A stretch of DNA of 64,000 bases, taken from positions 1,226,281 through 1,290,280 of the forward strand of contig CM082584.2 of assembly GCA_040954595.2 (NCBI GenBank). The letters are read 5' to 3'. The position numbers and the translations under genes are program-made. The notes beneath the pieces are model-generated. The model worked only from the letters and a program-made list of their open reading frames with translations. It had not been told where the DNA came from and did no database searches. Position 1 is the stretch's first letter; each line of letters starts with the position of its first letter. Source of the DNA: Balanoglossus misakiensis (lineage: Eukaryota; Animalia; Hemichordata). Shown here in pieces: positions 48,922 through 62,241 of this stretch.

Positions 48922-51900
48922 AGAGCTACTATGACTGGTTACTAACTTCTATATCTATTTGATTCACAGATGCTGCCTGAAATTGTCTGCATTTCAACTC
49001 GGGATTCTCTTCCTTGTCTGGGGCGAGTTTAAGACCGTTCAATGGTAAGCATGACTTGCTGTATATTTGCTTTTATCGGGCGTGGCACAACCCAAACAAT
49101 AGGAAGCAATGTATGTCTACGAACTAATTTACACCTTCCAGTTATCAAAACTTTTTTCCTTCGAATTCTAGCCTCGATTGCCTGTGATATGATCGTGATG
49201 ACATGAATTAAATGGTCAAGTTCAAATCTTCATGTGAAGCATAAATTAAATTTGGATGCATTTCCTTAACCATATAGCTAGAAATTACTCCCATACCAAT
49301 ACACGGGGAGATACCGTAATTTTGGCTGAAAGTGTGCTAGTCCAACACTATGCTTCATCAAACTGGCTAAGAGATCTATTATTATATATAGACACATGAA
49401 GGAAAGTAATGTTGTTTATAGTGAAATAAAACAATACCTTAGGCCACAAAGAAAAATATAGATCACGACACAAACAGGCTGGAGTTTTTTCAAAAATGTG
49501 TGCATAAGATCATATTGGCCCATGGTAATCAAAGCCAAAGCAGCCCAGTTCCAAATTCGAAACTCAGCTCAGTACCAGAAACTTGCTCAAAGCTACCAAA
49601 TGCACAGAAAGTTTTGAGAATCTAGATGAAAAATCACCAAGCGACTAGTGCGCTTGTCTATGTTCAATGTGTCTTCCCTGGTAACAACATGTACTTCCGC
49701 CACCATGCCATGAGATATACTGACAGCCACGTTTGAAACATTTTAGTATACTGATATTCAAAGTTTAAATGTAAAGGCTTACTTTTCTATAGTAAAATAA
49801 ATGTTTTATAATTGCCAATAATTTACATTCTTGCGCTAATCAGTTGTATGAAAAGTGAGGTGGATCAAATGTAAGTTTCATTTTCACAACAAACATAAAG
49901 AAGTCATTGTACAGTGTTACGTAGATGTCAAAGTGTGTGTACACCTGTCGTTTACAGATATGATGTCAGTTTCACTTGTCACCTAACTGCCATGTTTGTG
50001 GTATACCCATGTGGACCACTTTACTGCAGTACTGATGTAAATGGAGTTTCAAGATCGCTGTTACAGATTTCTCTGATTCGTATTCCACGTACATTATCGC
50101 AGCACAGTCTGACCCTATATTATACCATGTTTTGCATATTTTCACTAATTAGTATGGCCCAAATAATTCTAAAGCAAGGTTGATTGGTTACTAATTGATA
50201 TGCATATATTTGATTCACAGTCTTAAACACAGCATTTCAACGTATGCCGGAGGAGGAAGAGAATACCTAGGCCTGATCCAAGACCGCTTTCCGGTAAGCA
50301 CAACTTGCTGTATACATGCTCCATAGCTTGTTTGTAAAGGCTACCTTTTCCCATCAAATAGTGAAGTCGCCCTTTCAAAATTATGGTGGTGGCAAGCCAC
50401 AACTGGTTATCATGGAGAGCCCCATATAAACTTACCAGCCCACGCTAGCCATGACTTTACAAATGTTTCCGTCATACTATGCAGAAAATTCTGGCTGCCT
50501 TAAATAGGCTTTCACTTTGCGCTAGGGGGTCAAATCACATTGCATTCTGGGCGAAAAGTCTGCAACCCACTGTAGTAAGAGGTGGAAGAAATGATACATT
50601 TTGTGTATTTCATGCTTTGGTCAAACATGTCTGTCTCTGTAGTTAGCATATTAAACTCATTAAACGTTTTTCACATTTTGTTATTTTGTCTGTTATGACC
50701 CATTATCACTTTAGCTTTAGCTTAGGCTCCATTCACAAACACCTCTGGATGGGGGGGGGGGGGAGAATTCAATTTTTTTACTGCTAATTTTCACATGCCC
50801 CCCCCTGTACACAACCCGAAATATTTTCAAATCCCCCACCCCCTTCTGAACTGCCAAAATTTTAAAATCCCCCCCCCCCCATTTTCTTTCACAGAGCTAA
50901 ACACATCACTTATCTATCTTGTAAAAAAGAAAAACAGCGCTCCCATGAAAAGACTTTGAAACTGATGTTTCCCCTCATCAGTGGGTATTAAAACTGAACA
51001 TGGTTTTTATTTTTTAAGTATTTGTATTCTGTGGTGGGAGACATTGTAAACCGAGAATTGAAGGGGGTGGGTGTGGGAAGGGGTGTCCCCCTCCCACGTA
51101 AGAAAATTTTATAAAATACAGAGCTCAAAGCTGCATTTTTATGAACCCGGCAAAAGCAAATTAACTCAACTACCAGTATGTTGGGGAGGATACATTTAAC
51201 CGTCGCCGCTCAAAGTTATCATGGGGTGGGGGCAAGTCCCCTGACATGGGACACTAGATAAACCAGTTAATGATTGAAAGGTGTTGATGAATGGAGGGGG
51301 GTGGGTGTGGGAGGGGGTGTAAAATAAAGGGCGCGAAACTGCATTTTTGTGGACTCAAAATAAATATTTAGTCGTCAAAGTTTTCAAGTCCCCCCTTACA
51401 TACCTTCAATTTTTTCAAATCCCCCCCCCCCGCTCATTTCTCCTGCCCCCCCCCCCCCCTCTCCAGAGGTGTTTGTGAATGCAGCCTTATGAACTCCCAT
51501 TTCTTTAACATGGCAAAAATCGGCCATCAATTGTCAACCATATGAGATTTTCATCACTCACTTAGGGTAGCTTAAGGGAGAATTGTATAGGCATGACTTG
51601 GGCTGTAAATTTGATGAAATAGCTACATGCCTATTGTTAACAAGCAGCTGACTGTACTGAAAGAATGGAAGTTGTGTGTACTTATTTTACATATTCAATA
51701 TTTGTAATTAGACCATGTCATGTATATCTTGGGGATTGCTCGATCGCAATGTCTCTGCTGGTACAATGTCCTTTTAACTTGTACAGTAATATGGTAGTGA
51801 TTGTAAGTTTGTGTACGGCATTTGTAAATTATTTTCAATTTATAAATTTTTTGTAAGTTTCTTCATTCTCAAATTGCTTGCCTAACGTACTGCTTTAAAA

Positions 51901-54470
51901 TTTAAATTTTGGTATGATTTTGAGTAGACTTTTTGTTTCAAAATTATTTTCGACACTTGACATTTTTGGGTGATATGATTTTACATGGAAAATCTGATTT
52001 CCCTGTAATTCGGTTGACAGGATTTTCACAATATCTCTAAATCATGAAGTACATGTATCAGAATTGCATCAGGCCCCCAAAATTCTAGTCGCCCTTGGCA
52101 AGTAATATTAGCCATTGTTGTCCAAGGACGTTGAAGGTACAAGTGGTTTTTAAACTTACTATGTAGGCATTTTATCAGAATTATTAGGTCCCATTTGGTG
52201 CAGGTATATGTATTTATACCATGGGACCTTATGGGATCAGTTGCACCTGTATATATGGATGTCTGTATGGATGTTTGTCTGTATGTCTATCAATATCAAA
52301 CACTTGGAAATCACTGGCATGTGACCTTGATATTTAGTGTGGAGATGCAGGCAGGGCAGTAGGTGGGAGTTGTCAAAATGAAGTTGTCATTGCAAAAATA
52401 TGCAAATTAGCTGGGAAAGTGTCAAATTCGTCAAAACTCGGGAACTCGACAACTACTGAGCAAATTGCTTTCAAAATTGAAAATTGGTATTCCTGTAAGT
52501 TATGTTAACCTCACACAGTTCTATATGTTGTGAGCTAATGTGAATTTTCCATTTTTTATGTATTTTTTGTCTCTTTCCACATTATCGGTAGAAAATCTGC
52601 TTTTCTGGAATTGATCAGCTGACTTATTTGAAATTTAGTATGAAGCTTCATAGGTGATCTGAGTTATCATAGTTTTGTAAGGTCCCATTTGCTTTACCAT
52701 GGGACCTTATGATATCGGTGGATGTATGTATGTATGTCTGTATGTCCGTCCACATCACAAACTTGAAAACCGCTGGGCATATGACCTCGATATTTGGTGT
52801 GTAGATGCAGGCCAGGCTGGAGATTGGAGTTTGTTCAAATGAAGCTGTCATTGCCAAAAATATGCAAATTAGCTAGGAAAATGTGAAATTGGTCAAAACT
52901 CAAACTCAACAACCACTGGTCACATTCATTTGAAAATCAGTATGCATGTACCTTATGTCTACCTCAAACAGTCCTGTATGTTTTGAGCTAATATTATCGA
53001 TTTTTAATTTTTTATGCCAAAAATCTTTTATGCATTTTTTGTATTATTCCACATTTTTGGTAAAGAAATCATCATTTCTAAAAGTTAAAGGCCTCATTCT
53101 TTGAATTTTAGTATGAAGCTTCTAATGGTTGTCTGAGTAACCAAAGTTTTGTTCAAATTGTTGAAAAATTTGCATATTTTAATTTTGAGCAATTTTTGCC
53201 ATTTTTGGTCATTTTTTTTCTTTAAAACTGCATGCCAGATTGATTTGGTAGGCATATTCCTAAGGGTAAACTGAGTAAGATGTTGTAAAAATGTTTTATT
53301 ATATATTGTGTTATTGGGGAAGGGGGGGGGGGTTACTCAAACATTTATAACACCCAGCAACTTTTGGTACTGGCAGGGTTTGTCCTCCAATGATTTCAAC
53401 ATCCTGCTAGGAATACAACCTCTCCTCAACTTTATAAATATAGGGCATGACATTGCAGGTTTTTTGAGAACACTGTTTAAAATAACCCTCATCAAGCCTG
53501 TTAACTTATTTAGACAGACTATTATCCAGAATGAAACGAAACATGGATGCAATAAAAAGATCTTGTGCAATAAAAACCAAGTTGATCATAACAATTATTT
53601 GCTAAGTACAACATGTACATCACTAATAGAAGTTATGGCTATAAGCATAAACCTGTTTGTTTTGCTATCTTCACTATTCATATTATCTGACTATATTAAT
53701 ACATTTGCAAGCATACTGTTTCAGACATAGCGAATTTGATAAACATCTACAAATATATTTTTACCTGTTGAAGTTATCAAAATCCAGACACTTGACAAAA
53801 GGACATTTTTCATCCCCTCTATAGATTGATAGTCTAACATAGCAGGCAATCTGTTTTTAAAAACTGCAGAAGCCTTCATAAAAAGTTGTTGGCCAGAATG
53901 AAAGCTTAGGGGGACGTAGGATTTCCTACTTTTTAGGTTATTTTTTCTATGGCCCCAAAAAGCTATGACAAAAAATTGATGACCCCCTTGGAATTTATAA
54001 TTCCCCCCCCCCCTATCATACCCTGTCCGTATTCTTATAAATGGCAATAAATGCCATACAGTCCTGTATGTTTTGTTTTGAGCTAATATTATGAATTTTC
54101 TATTTTTATTGTTTTGTCTTTTACTGCATTATTGGTAAAGAAAAATCTTCCTTTCTGAAAGCCATAGTTTTTGTTCAAATTGCAAATTGTTGTGAAATTG
54201 GTATATTTATAATTTTGAGCAATTTTGTAATTTTTGCTCAGAATGCAGATTCCTAGGGGGTAACCCAAGTAAGGTGTTGTAAAAGAATTGTTTAAAAAAT
54301 AAAAATATATTTGTAGATGGTTATCAAATTCGCTGTGTCAGAAAGCGCTTGTCAGATTGCTTTGAACTTTGACAGGAATGTTCCTTGTAGTGATTGAAGT
54401 AAGATGGTGTACAATTATAGTCATTTTTGCATATTTGTGTTTTTGCCACTTTTGAACAAATGTAGTTTTG
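48922..54470 (+). repeat. Segmental duplication, copy 2 (with extra insertions)
   Basis: Same blocks as 42829-46320 plus extra sequence at ~49490-50108, 50725-51486 and ~53325-54050. Confidence 0.88.
50725..51486. mobile_element. PIF/Harbinger-type MITE
   Basis: TIR GGCTCCATTCACAAACACCTCTGGA / TCCAGAGGTGTTTGTGAATGCAGCC with TTA TSD; empty site TTAGCTTATGAACTCCC in the paralogous copy at ~44211-44227. Confidence 0.92.
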
Positions 54471-54767
54471 TTTAACCCCCATCTTACCCTATCCATATTC
54501 AAATAAATATGAAAAGAAATTTCTCACAGATATTATTTACTTTGATAATACTATCATTTGTGCAACAACTAATCAATCAAACAGTCAATAATCATAAATT
54601 GGGAGTTCAAAAATATCTATAAGGGAGATTTAAAACCCCGTTAGCAACAACTGTTTGCCATGTTTTCAGTATTAATGTTTTGTGTAGCTTCTGCATTTTT
54701 TAGGTCCCATATATAATGTACCATGGGCCTTATGGAATCAGTTGCGTCTGTATTTATGTATGGATGT

Positions 54768-54949
54768 ACTGTATTTTCGCGAGTTAAATTTTTCGCGATA
54801 TCGAGAGAGGCCACTGTTTCGCGAGTATTAATTTTCGCGTTCTCTTATTTCATTCACTGCATCGTTATCTTCAAAAACAATTTACGCGACTTTTTATTTT
54901 TTAATTTGGCGAAAATTAATTGCTCGCGAAAATAAAGTGTTTTAGAGTA
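54768..54949. mobile_element. Short Tc1/mariner-like MITE
   Basis: TACTGTA...TAGAGTA ends inside a (GTAT)n tract, with internal inverted TTTTCGCG/CGCGAAAA motifs. Confidence 0.55.
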
Positions 54950-56641
54950 TGTCTGTCTGTTTGTATGGATGTATGTCTGTATGTCCGTCCACATCTAAAA
55001 CTTGAAAACCGTTGTGCATATCACCTCGATATTTGGTGTGCAGATGCAGGCTGGGCTGTAGATTGGAGTTTGTTAACATGAAAATGTCATTACCAAATAT
55101 ATGCAAATTAGCTCGAAAATGTGAAATTGGTCAAAACTCGCAAAATTCGACAACTGCTGGTCAGATTGATTTGGAAATTGGTATGCAAGTACCTTATGTC
55201 TACCTCATACAGTCCTGTATGTTTTGAGCTAATTTTGATTTTCTATTTTTGATGCATTTGTTTGTATTTTTCAACATTATTGGTAAAAAATCGTCATATG
55301 AATCTAAAATTACCGTCGAATCATCCAGTGTGAGTTAGCACTGTAATTAGCAAAAGTTATAAATCCACAGTTACCCAGCAAATGTGATATAATGCTTCAC
55401 ATCGGTATTGGTTTTGAACATCCTTCAGAAAGGGTATGAATATTTTAAAATTTTTACTGTTGCAACCCAGACTAGTTTATTTCTGAATAAACACAGAAAT
55501 GACAACCGGATAGATTATTCTTCTGTACTAAAGACATATGCAGACACAAGAAATAGTCTGAACATTTTCAGTACATTACTAAAACAGTGTAGGTACATTG
55601 TACTATAAACTGAGGTAGATTAGTGACTATTGTTTGCCAAAAATGGTCCCAAGTCATTTCTCAAGCATAGCAGAATAGTAGCTTTGAGTAGCAAAGTGTG
55701 ATGATTTAAAATGTAAAAAGACAACACCAATCTCTAGCTCTGCTCTCAGCACTGCAAAAGTTATCTGACAGGTAGATAGATGTTCAGTCATCCTATGTCT
55801 GCCAACATTTTTCTTTTCTGAAATCACTGGCGCAAGTGCTTTTAAAATTGGTGTGCTGGTTTCTTGGGGTAGCGAAGTAATGTGTGTTCAAATTGTGTTG
55901 AATTCTGCATATTTGTAGTTTGGAACAAGTTTTTTGCTGTTTTTGGAAGGAAAAAGCTAAGCTCGTAGATTACTTTGACTATGCAGGTTTCTAGGTATGA
56001 CACAAGTTGTTTCTTCAAAATATGGTGAAATTTGCATATTTGGGGGGAAATTTTCTCTGAAATTTAGTATTGATCTCCCTGAGGTATGTGACATAATCTG
56101 TAATTTTGTATTTTGGAGTCAGTTGCCTTTTTGTACAAACAAAAAATCTTGTCAGAATATGCATGTCTGCTTGCCATGTCCACAGTGATCTACTTTTATT
56201 TACATTATAACCGAATCTGTAAAGTTTTCATAATGATCTTTAAAATAGGTACGTCTAATTGTTTTGATCTTTGGTATGAATTGTCCCTTGGTGATCATAG
56301 TCAATGCTTTTGAAATTCCGCTGAATATTGCATTATTATTTTGTCTGAGTCTGAAGAGTAGTCATCATCTCTGAAACCCCTTGACCTAAGTCAGGTGTCA
56401 AATAGTACAATTTGCAGATTTGTTGCATTGGAGATATTGTTGCAGTTTTTGAAATTCAAGATGGCTGCCAATGTCTGTGTTAACTCTATGGAAAAACATT
56501 TATGTAAATACTTTTCTGAAAACAAGGCGGTGAATATCACATTTTTGTTTACAAACAGTAATAGAAATAGCTATCATTGTTTCTGAAAATCCTAACTTGT
56601 ATGATTCTTTTTCAATCTCTGGCATCAGCAGAGACAATTAA

Positions 56642-58174
56642 GGTGGCATTGCATGAAAAGTTGTGATTTTTGCCAAATTTTACTTTTTTACATAAATCGG
56701 TAGGCCTAATACTCACCCACATCGTGACTAATACGTCTTGGCGGAAATGGTGCACAATCACCCCCAAATAGCACTTTTCTGAATGAGTTCACAGCTTAAC
56801 AAATAGGTGTCAACAATGCAAATGGCCGTTTTTCTCGGTTTGCATTTTCGCTGCTTTTGACAACTTCGGACTAAAATAGCTTCGCCCTGCATTGGCCGAA
56901 TTTGCTCAAATTTTGACAGGGAATTGTGTATGACCCCTCCAACAAAACGCTAGTTTTGTTTGACGATAAAGTGTCCCTGACGGGAATAAACTCTGATTCA
57001 ATACAACTCACCGTGAATTTGATCAAATTTTCAGAAAATCTAACTTTCAAACGCTGTTACTCCTCAATGGAAGCAGATAACGCAAAACAAAATTAGCGTT
57101 TTTTTGCATGTGTACTTTAGTTTCGAATGACATATTAAGATGCATGATGCATGGTCAACTTTTTTACCTATTTTAAATTTCATGACATAATATCAAAAAA
57201 TGTTTTTTTTCACCCAAAATCGCCACCATTTCCGGGGATCAATAATATTTGCAACTCAAACAAAAGTTCAAAATCTCAGCTTCCAGAATATATATGGTTT
57301 ATGGGGGTTTAAGATGGGTCCCTGGGATCTTTTTTGCTCGTTGCTATGGGCCTTTATAGGACACTACACTCAATTTTGATCGAAACCGTTATGAACGTCC
57401 GACAAGGGGCTTGTAACTAGTTAAAAATACGCACGATTGTGTGCACACCCCCTGTACGAGTATGGTTACGGCAGCTACCGCCCGGCCATAGGCCGCCACG
57501 CTAATACGGCAAAGCAGCGGTCAGCGATAGCGTGCGCGTCCTGTAACCACAGTAACTGGATCGAACGCTAAACATCCAATGTTTTGTACACAGAGATTTT
57601 GTACCGTTCACGAAAATCCCTAAGGCATTTTTCATAGGCGACGTAGGCCAGCCAAATTTGACCTGCTTGTTGAGAACGCACTTCCGCATAGTGTGACGGA
57701 TCGGTTTTTCGGTTTTCGTCGTGCTAAGAAGCGATACCAGTGGAAGAGTGCGTCCAAAAACACCCAAAATCGATAACTTTTTCAGGTGTGGTACGGGTAT
57801 GCTGAAATCGTAGGATACAACGATAATATTCGAAAACAAAATCCGTCACGATCTTCCCTGGTTCAAGCAACTAATGAATACATATCAAGTTCGTTTTTGA
57901 GGTCACGGAATAAAAAGCCTTAGGCTTTTGAAATTTTACCTAACTAATTTGCATATTAATGGCGTCAGGGGGCGCACGCTCACAATCGTGCAGATTTTCA
58001 ACTAGTTACCAGCCCCTTGTTAGACTCTGAAAACGGCTTAGTCCAAATCGGGGTGTAATGTCCTATAAAGGCCCATAGCAACGGGCAAAAAGATCCCAGG
58101 GACCCATCTTAAACTTTGTCTTTGATGAGAAATAGGCCTCTGAAAAAGTCTCGACGGTTTCATGCAGTGCCACC
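56642..58174. mobile_element. Kolobok-type non-autonomous transposon
   Basis: TTAA|GGTGGCATTGCATGAAA...TTTCATGCAGTGCCACC|TTAA (17-bp TIR, 1 mismatch). Confidence 0.85.
57313..58108. mobile_element. Second Kolobok-type element nested in the first
   Basis: TTAA|GATGGGTCCCTGGGATC...GATCCCAGGGACCCATC|TTAA with TIRs of ~50 bp or more. Confidence 0.87.
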
Positions 58175-58521
58175 TTAAACAACTCTATAAAAAGTCTTAT
58201 TGCTTAGTACTGGCACGAGGTGGTAAAAAGATGTGCAGCTTTTGACTTATTACAGGCTTACACTTTGCTAGTAATATGAGTCCCTATTGGTATTGTGCTG
58301 GGTTTTTAGGAGCTTGGGCCCCATTCCCTGGATATTTTTTACACCTTGCTCTGAAAACCTGCCACACCTATGCTTCTTGAATTTGTCACAGTTGTCCTTG
58401 CCAATGAGTGTGCACCTTGAAATTCTAATCAGTCATTTGACCTGGCAGCCATATTCAGTTGAAATTGTTAAATAAATGCAAATTAGCTGGGAAAATTTGA
58501 AATTGGTCAAAACCACTGGTC

Positions 58522-61173
58522 AGATTGATTTGACAATTGGTATGCAAGTACCTTATGTCAACCACATACAGTCCTGTATTTTGAATAGTTTGAATGTTCT
58601 ATTTTTATGCATTTTTTGCCTTTTTCCTCATTTTTGGTAAAACATCTACTTTTCTAAAATTGATGAGACGACTTCTTTGAAATTTAGTATGAAGCTTCAT
58701 ATAGGTGATATGAGTTAGCATACTTTTGTTAAAATGTTGCAAAATTTGCATATTCATAATTTTGGAGCAATTTCGGCCGTTTTTGAATTTTTTTTTTTAA
58801 ACCGGTTGTTACATTGCTTTGAAATTTGTTAGTCATATTAGGGGTAGCCCAAGTAAGATTTGCATGTATGTTTTTCAAATCAACTTGATGAATTGAATAG
58901 TATATTTTTGGGATGATTTTTGCCATTTTTGGTCAAAACTCTTCTCAGAACCCCCCACAGTACGTGAAATATCCCATGAATCATTCTGGTTTGTACAACC
59001 AGAGATTACTCGGTCAAACCAGGCAAAGTTCACTTGTGTAGAGAAAATTGTAGACCACTCATACAAATTTTGAGAGCATGCTTTAAAGGCGAATCTTATT
59101 GTCAATTACCATTTCAAATGATAAACAAAATCATGCATTATTGAAAGAGGAGATACAAATTTTATAAAATAAGCAAATGCATAGCCAGCCGATGCAAAAA
59201 AGTTTGAAGTAAAAAAGGGACACTTGAAACACTTGTTTAATCAAACAAAACGATATTGATTTTTTTCTATAGACAGAACAATGGAAATTTACATGTTAAC
59301 TTTCAACAGAGACTGGCCACCTCAGTTAGTCATTGCTTCTTTCCTCCTAAGTGTGACATTTGACGTACATGAATGAATACTTTGATTTCTATGGCTTTTA
59401 AATCTTGATTTTGAAATTTTCACTCTAATTCCTCAACATACTTTTTCTAGATAAATCTTAATACAGTTATATGTACTTCATATCATTGTTAGTATCTAAA
59501 ACAGAAAGTAATTAAATGGACAATCTCGATGATACAAATCATGGAGAGTTGTGGGTAAAATATCGTACTGTGCCCCCTTTACCCCCACTGCTTTGAAATT
59601 TGATTTGAAGGTTTCAGGGTTTGTTCTCATGATAATTTACAGATTGATTTGACAATTGGTATGCAAGTACCTTATGTCAACCACATACAATCCTGTATTT
59701 TTTGAACAAATAGTTTGAATGTTCTATTTTATGCATTTTTTGCCTTTTTCCTCATTTGTGGTAAAAAATCTACTTTTCTAGAATTGATGAGTCAACTTCT
59801 TTGAAATTTTAGTATGAAGCTTCATGTAGGTGATATGAGTTACTATACTTTTGTTGAAATGTTGCAAAATTTGCATATTGATAATTTTGGAGCAATTTCA
59901 GCCTTGTTTAGTTAATTTTTTTTCTCTAAAACCGCTTGTTCCATTGCTTTAAAATTTGTTAGTCATGTTAGGGGTAGCTCAAGTAAGATTTGCATGTATG
60001 TTTTTCAAATCAACTTGATGAATTGAATAGTATATTTTTGGGATGATTTTTGCCATTTTTGGTCAAAACTCTTCTCAGAACCCCCCACAGTACGTGAAAT
60101 ATCCCATGAATCATTCTGGTTTGTACAACCAGAGATTACTCGGTCAAACCAGGCAGTGTTCACATGTGTAGAGAAAATTGTAGACCACTAATACAAATTT
60201 TGAGAGCATGCTTTAAAGGCGAATCTTATTGTCAATTACCATTTCAAATGATAAACAAAATCATGCATTATTGAAAGAGGAGATAAAAATTTTATAAAAT
60301 AAGCAATTGCATAGCCAGCCGATACAAAAAAGTTTGAAGTAAAACAGGGACACTTGAAACACTTGTTTAATCAAACAAAACGATATTGATTTTTTTCTAT
60401 AGACAGAACAATGGAAATTTACATGTTAACTTTCAACAGATACTAGCCACCTCAGTTAGTCATTGCTTCTTTCCTCCTAAGTGTGACATTTGACGTACAT
60501 GAATGAATACTTTGATTTCTATGGCTTTTAAATCTTGATTTTGAAATTTTCACTCTAATTCCTCAACATACTTTTTCTAGATAAATCTTAATACAGTTAT
60601 ATGTACTTCATATCATTGTTAGTATCTAAAACAGAAAGTAATTAAATGGACAATCTCGATGATACAAATCATGGAGAGTTGTGGGTAAAATATCGTACTG
60701 TGCCCCCTTTACCCCCACTGCTTTGAAATTTGATTTGAAGGTTTCAGGGTTTGTTCTCATGATAATTTACAGATTGATTTGACAATTGGTATGCAAGTAC
60801 CTTATGTCAACCACATACAATCCTGTATTTTTTGAACTAATAGTTTGAATGTTCTATTTTATGCATTTTTTGCCTTTTTCCTCATTTGTGGTAAAAAATC
60901 TACTTTTCTAGAATTGATGAGTCAACTTCTTTGAAATTTTAGTATGAAGCTTCATGTAGGTGATATGAGTTACAATACTTTTGTTGAAATGTTGCAAACT
61001 TTGCATATTGATAATTTTGGAGCAATTTCAGCCTTGTTTAATTAATTTTTTTTCTCTAAAACCGCTTGTTCCATTGCTTTAAAATTTGTTAATCATGTTA
61101 GGGGTAGCTCAAGTAAGATTTGCATGTATGTTTTTCAAATCAACTTGATGAATTGAATAGTATATTTTTGGGG
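58522..61173 (+). repeat. Recent tandem duplication, ~1.12-1.13-kb unit, ~2.4 copies
   Basis: AGATTGATTTGACAATTGGTATGCAAGTACC starts at 58522, 59641 and 60771; units are nearly identical. Confidence 0.92.
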
Positions 61174-61174
61174 G

Positions 61175-61460
61175 ATCAAATCAAATCAAATCAAAACAAA
61201 CATTTATAAAGCGCCAGAATCAATAACAATGTTATTTCCAAAGGCGCTGAAAGTATAACATCAGTGTTCGTAGGCTTTGACAAATAGAGTTTTTGTTTGA
61301 AAATGTTGAGACTAGAAGCCTGTTGAATGTCAGATGGCAGAGAATTCCAAAGTTGTGGCGCGACAAGGGAAAAGGCACATCCACCACATGTTTTGAGTCT
61401 GTACTTTGGTACACACAACTGGTTCTTTGAGCTGGAGCGCAGAGCCCGACTAGGCTTATG
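61175..61460 (-). mobile_element. L2/CR1-group LINE extreme 3' fragment
   Basis: Minus-strand APQLWNSLPSDI peptide, GGCGCTTTATAAAT end and (GATTT)n tail. Confidence 0.8.
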
Positions 61461-62241
61461 ATTTTTGATTTGATTTGGTTTCAGGGTGATTTCTCATGAT
61501 GATTTACAAAACATATGACTGATTACTTTGAAATTTGAGTAGGAAGTTAATTGGATGTGTTTGTTTAGATAATGGAATCAAATAAAGTTATTCATTCTTC
61601 ACCTTCATTCTTCACCTCATTTCATTTATTGGCTGGTTTGTCTATTGTATCAGGGAAGACTACTTGCCATCCCACCCCACCGATGCAAACTTTGAGTGGC
61701 AAAAGTAAAATTTTTCGTAACATTGAGTTAATTTGCTTTTGGGCTCACTAAAATGCAACTTTGAGCTCTGTATTTGTACAAAATTTTCATTAATTGGCTG
61801 GTTTGTCTATTGTACCAGGCCAGCATACATAAGATCAAGATGTTTTCGGGGCTGGGGGGGGGGGCATCATATTTTATTGCCTCTCTATGTGTGTGTCTGT
61901 CTGTCTGTACTCCTGTGTAGACTTTTTCTAGTGTAATCGCTAAATGAGACCACAGTGTCCTTGACACTATTTTTTGCGATTTTCAATGACCCTGGGGTAA
62001 CCTTTGACCAGCTTTCATATATCTTGGTATTCACAGCAGAATACAGCCTTGGCATACCCTGGTAACCATGGGAACCGTTTGGGCCCAACCAATGTTGCTG
62101 GCAGCGTTAATTTTTAAATGATTTCTTCTTGTCGTTTTCTTTATCAATATGATGACTTGACCAAATCAGATTATTAAAATAATTTCATTCTTTTTTTACA
62201 TTAGGTTCTTTGGTAACACTGCTGCTGGAGGGAGTGTAATA

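Larger units (their letters stand above)
45040..55290 (+). mobile_element. Multiple HINE/DINE-like (Helentron-derived) copies
   Basis: Recurrent head TTAGGTCCCAT...ATGGGACCTTATGG+(GTAT)n microsatellite followed by diverged core repeats, at ~45040, 45560, 52185, 52680 and 54700. A second family head TTTTAGCTCACCTG..GTGAGCT+(GT)n is at ~46384. Confidence 0.65.

Noticed and set aside
49193-49330. Possible intronic C/D snoRNA (GTGATGA ... CTGA)
   Set aside because: The C box is not conserved in the duplicate copy (GTGATGT), no terminal stem is evident, and the motifs are expected by chance.
53308-54047. ORFs of 77-140 aa
   Set aside because: AT-rich, no motifs or splice support; consistent with chance ORFs in repeat DNA.
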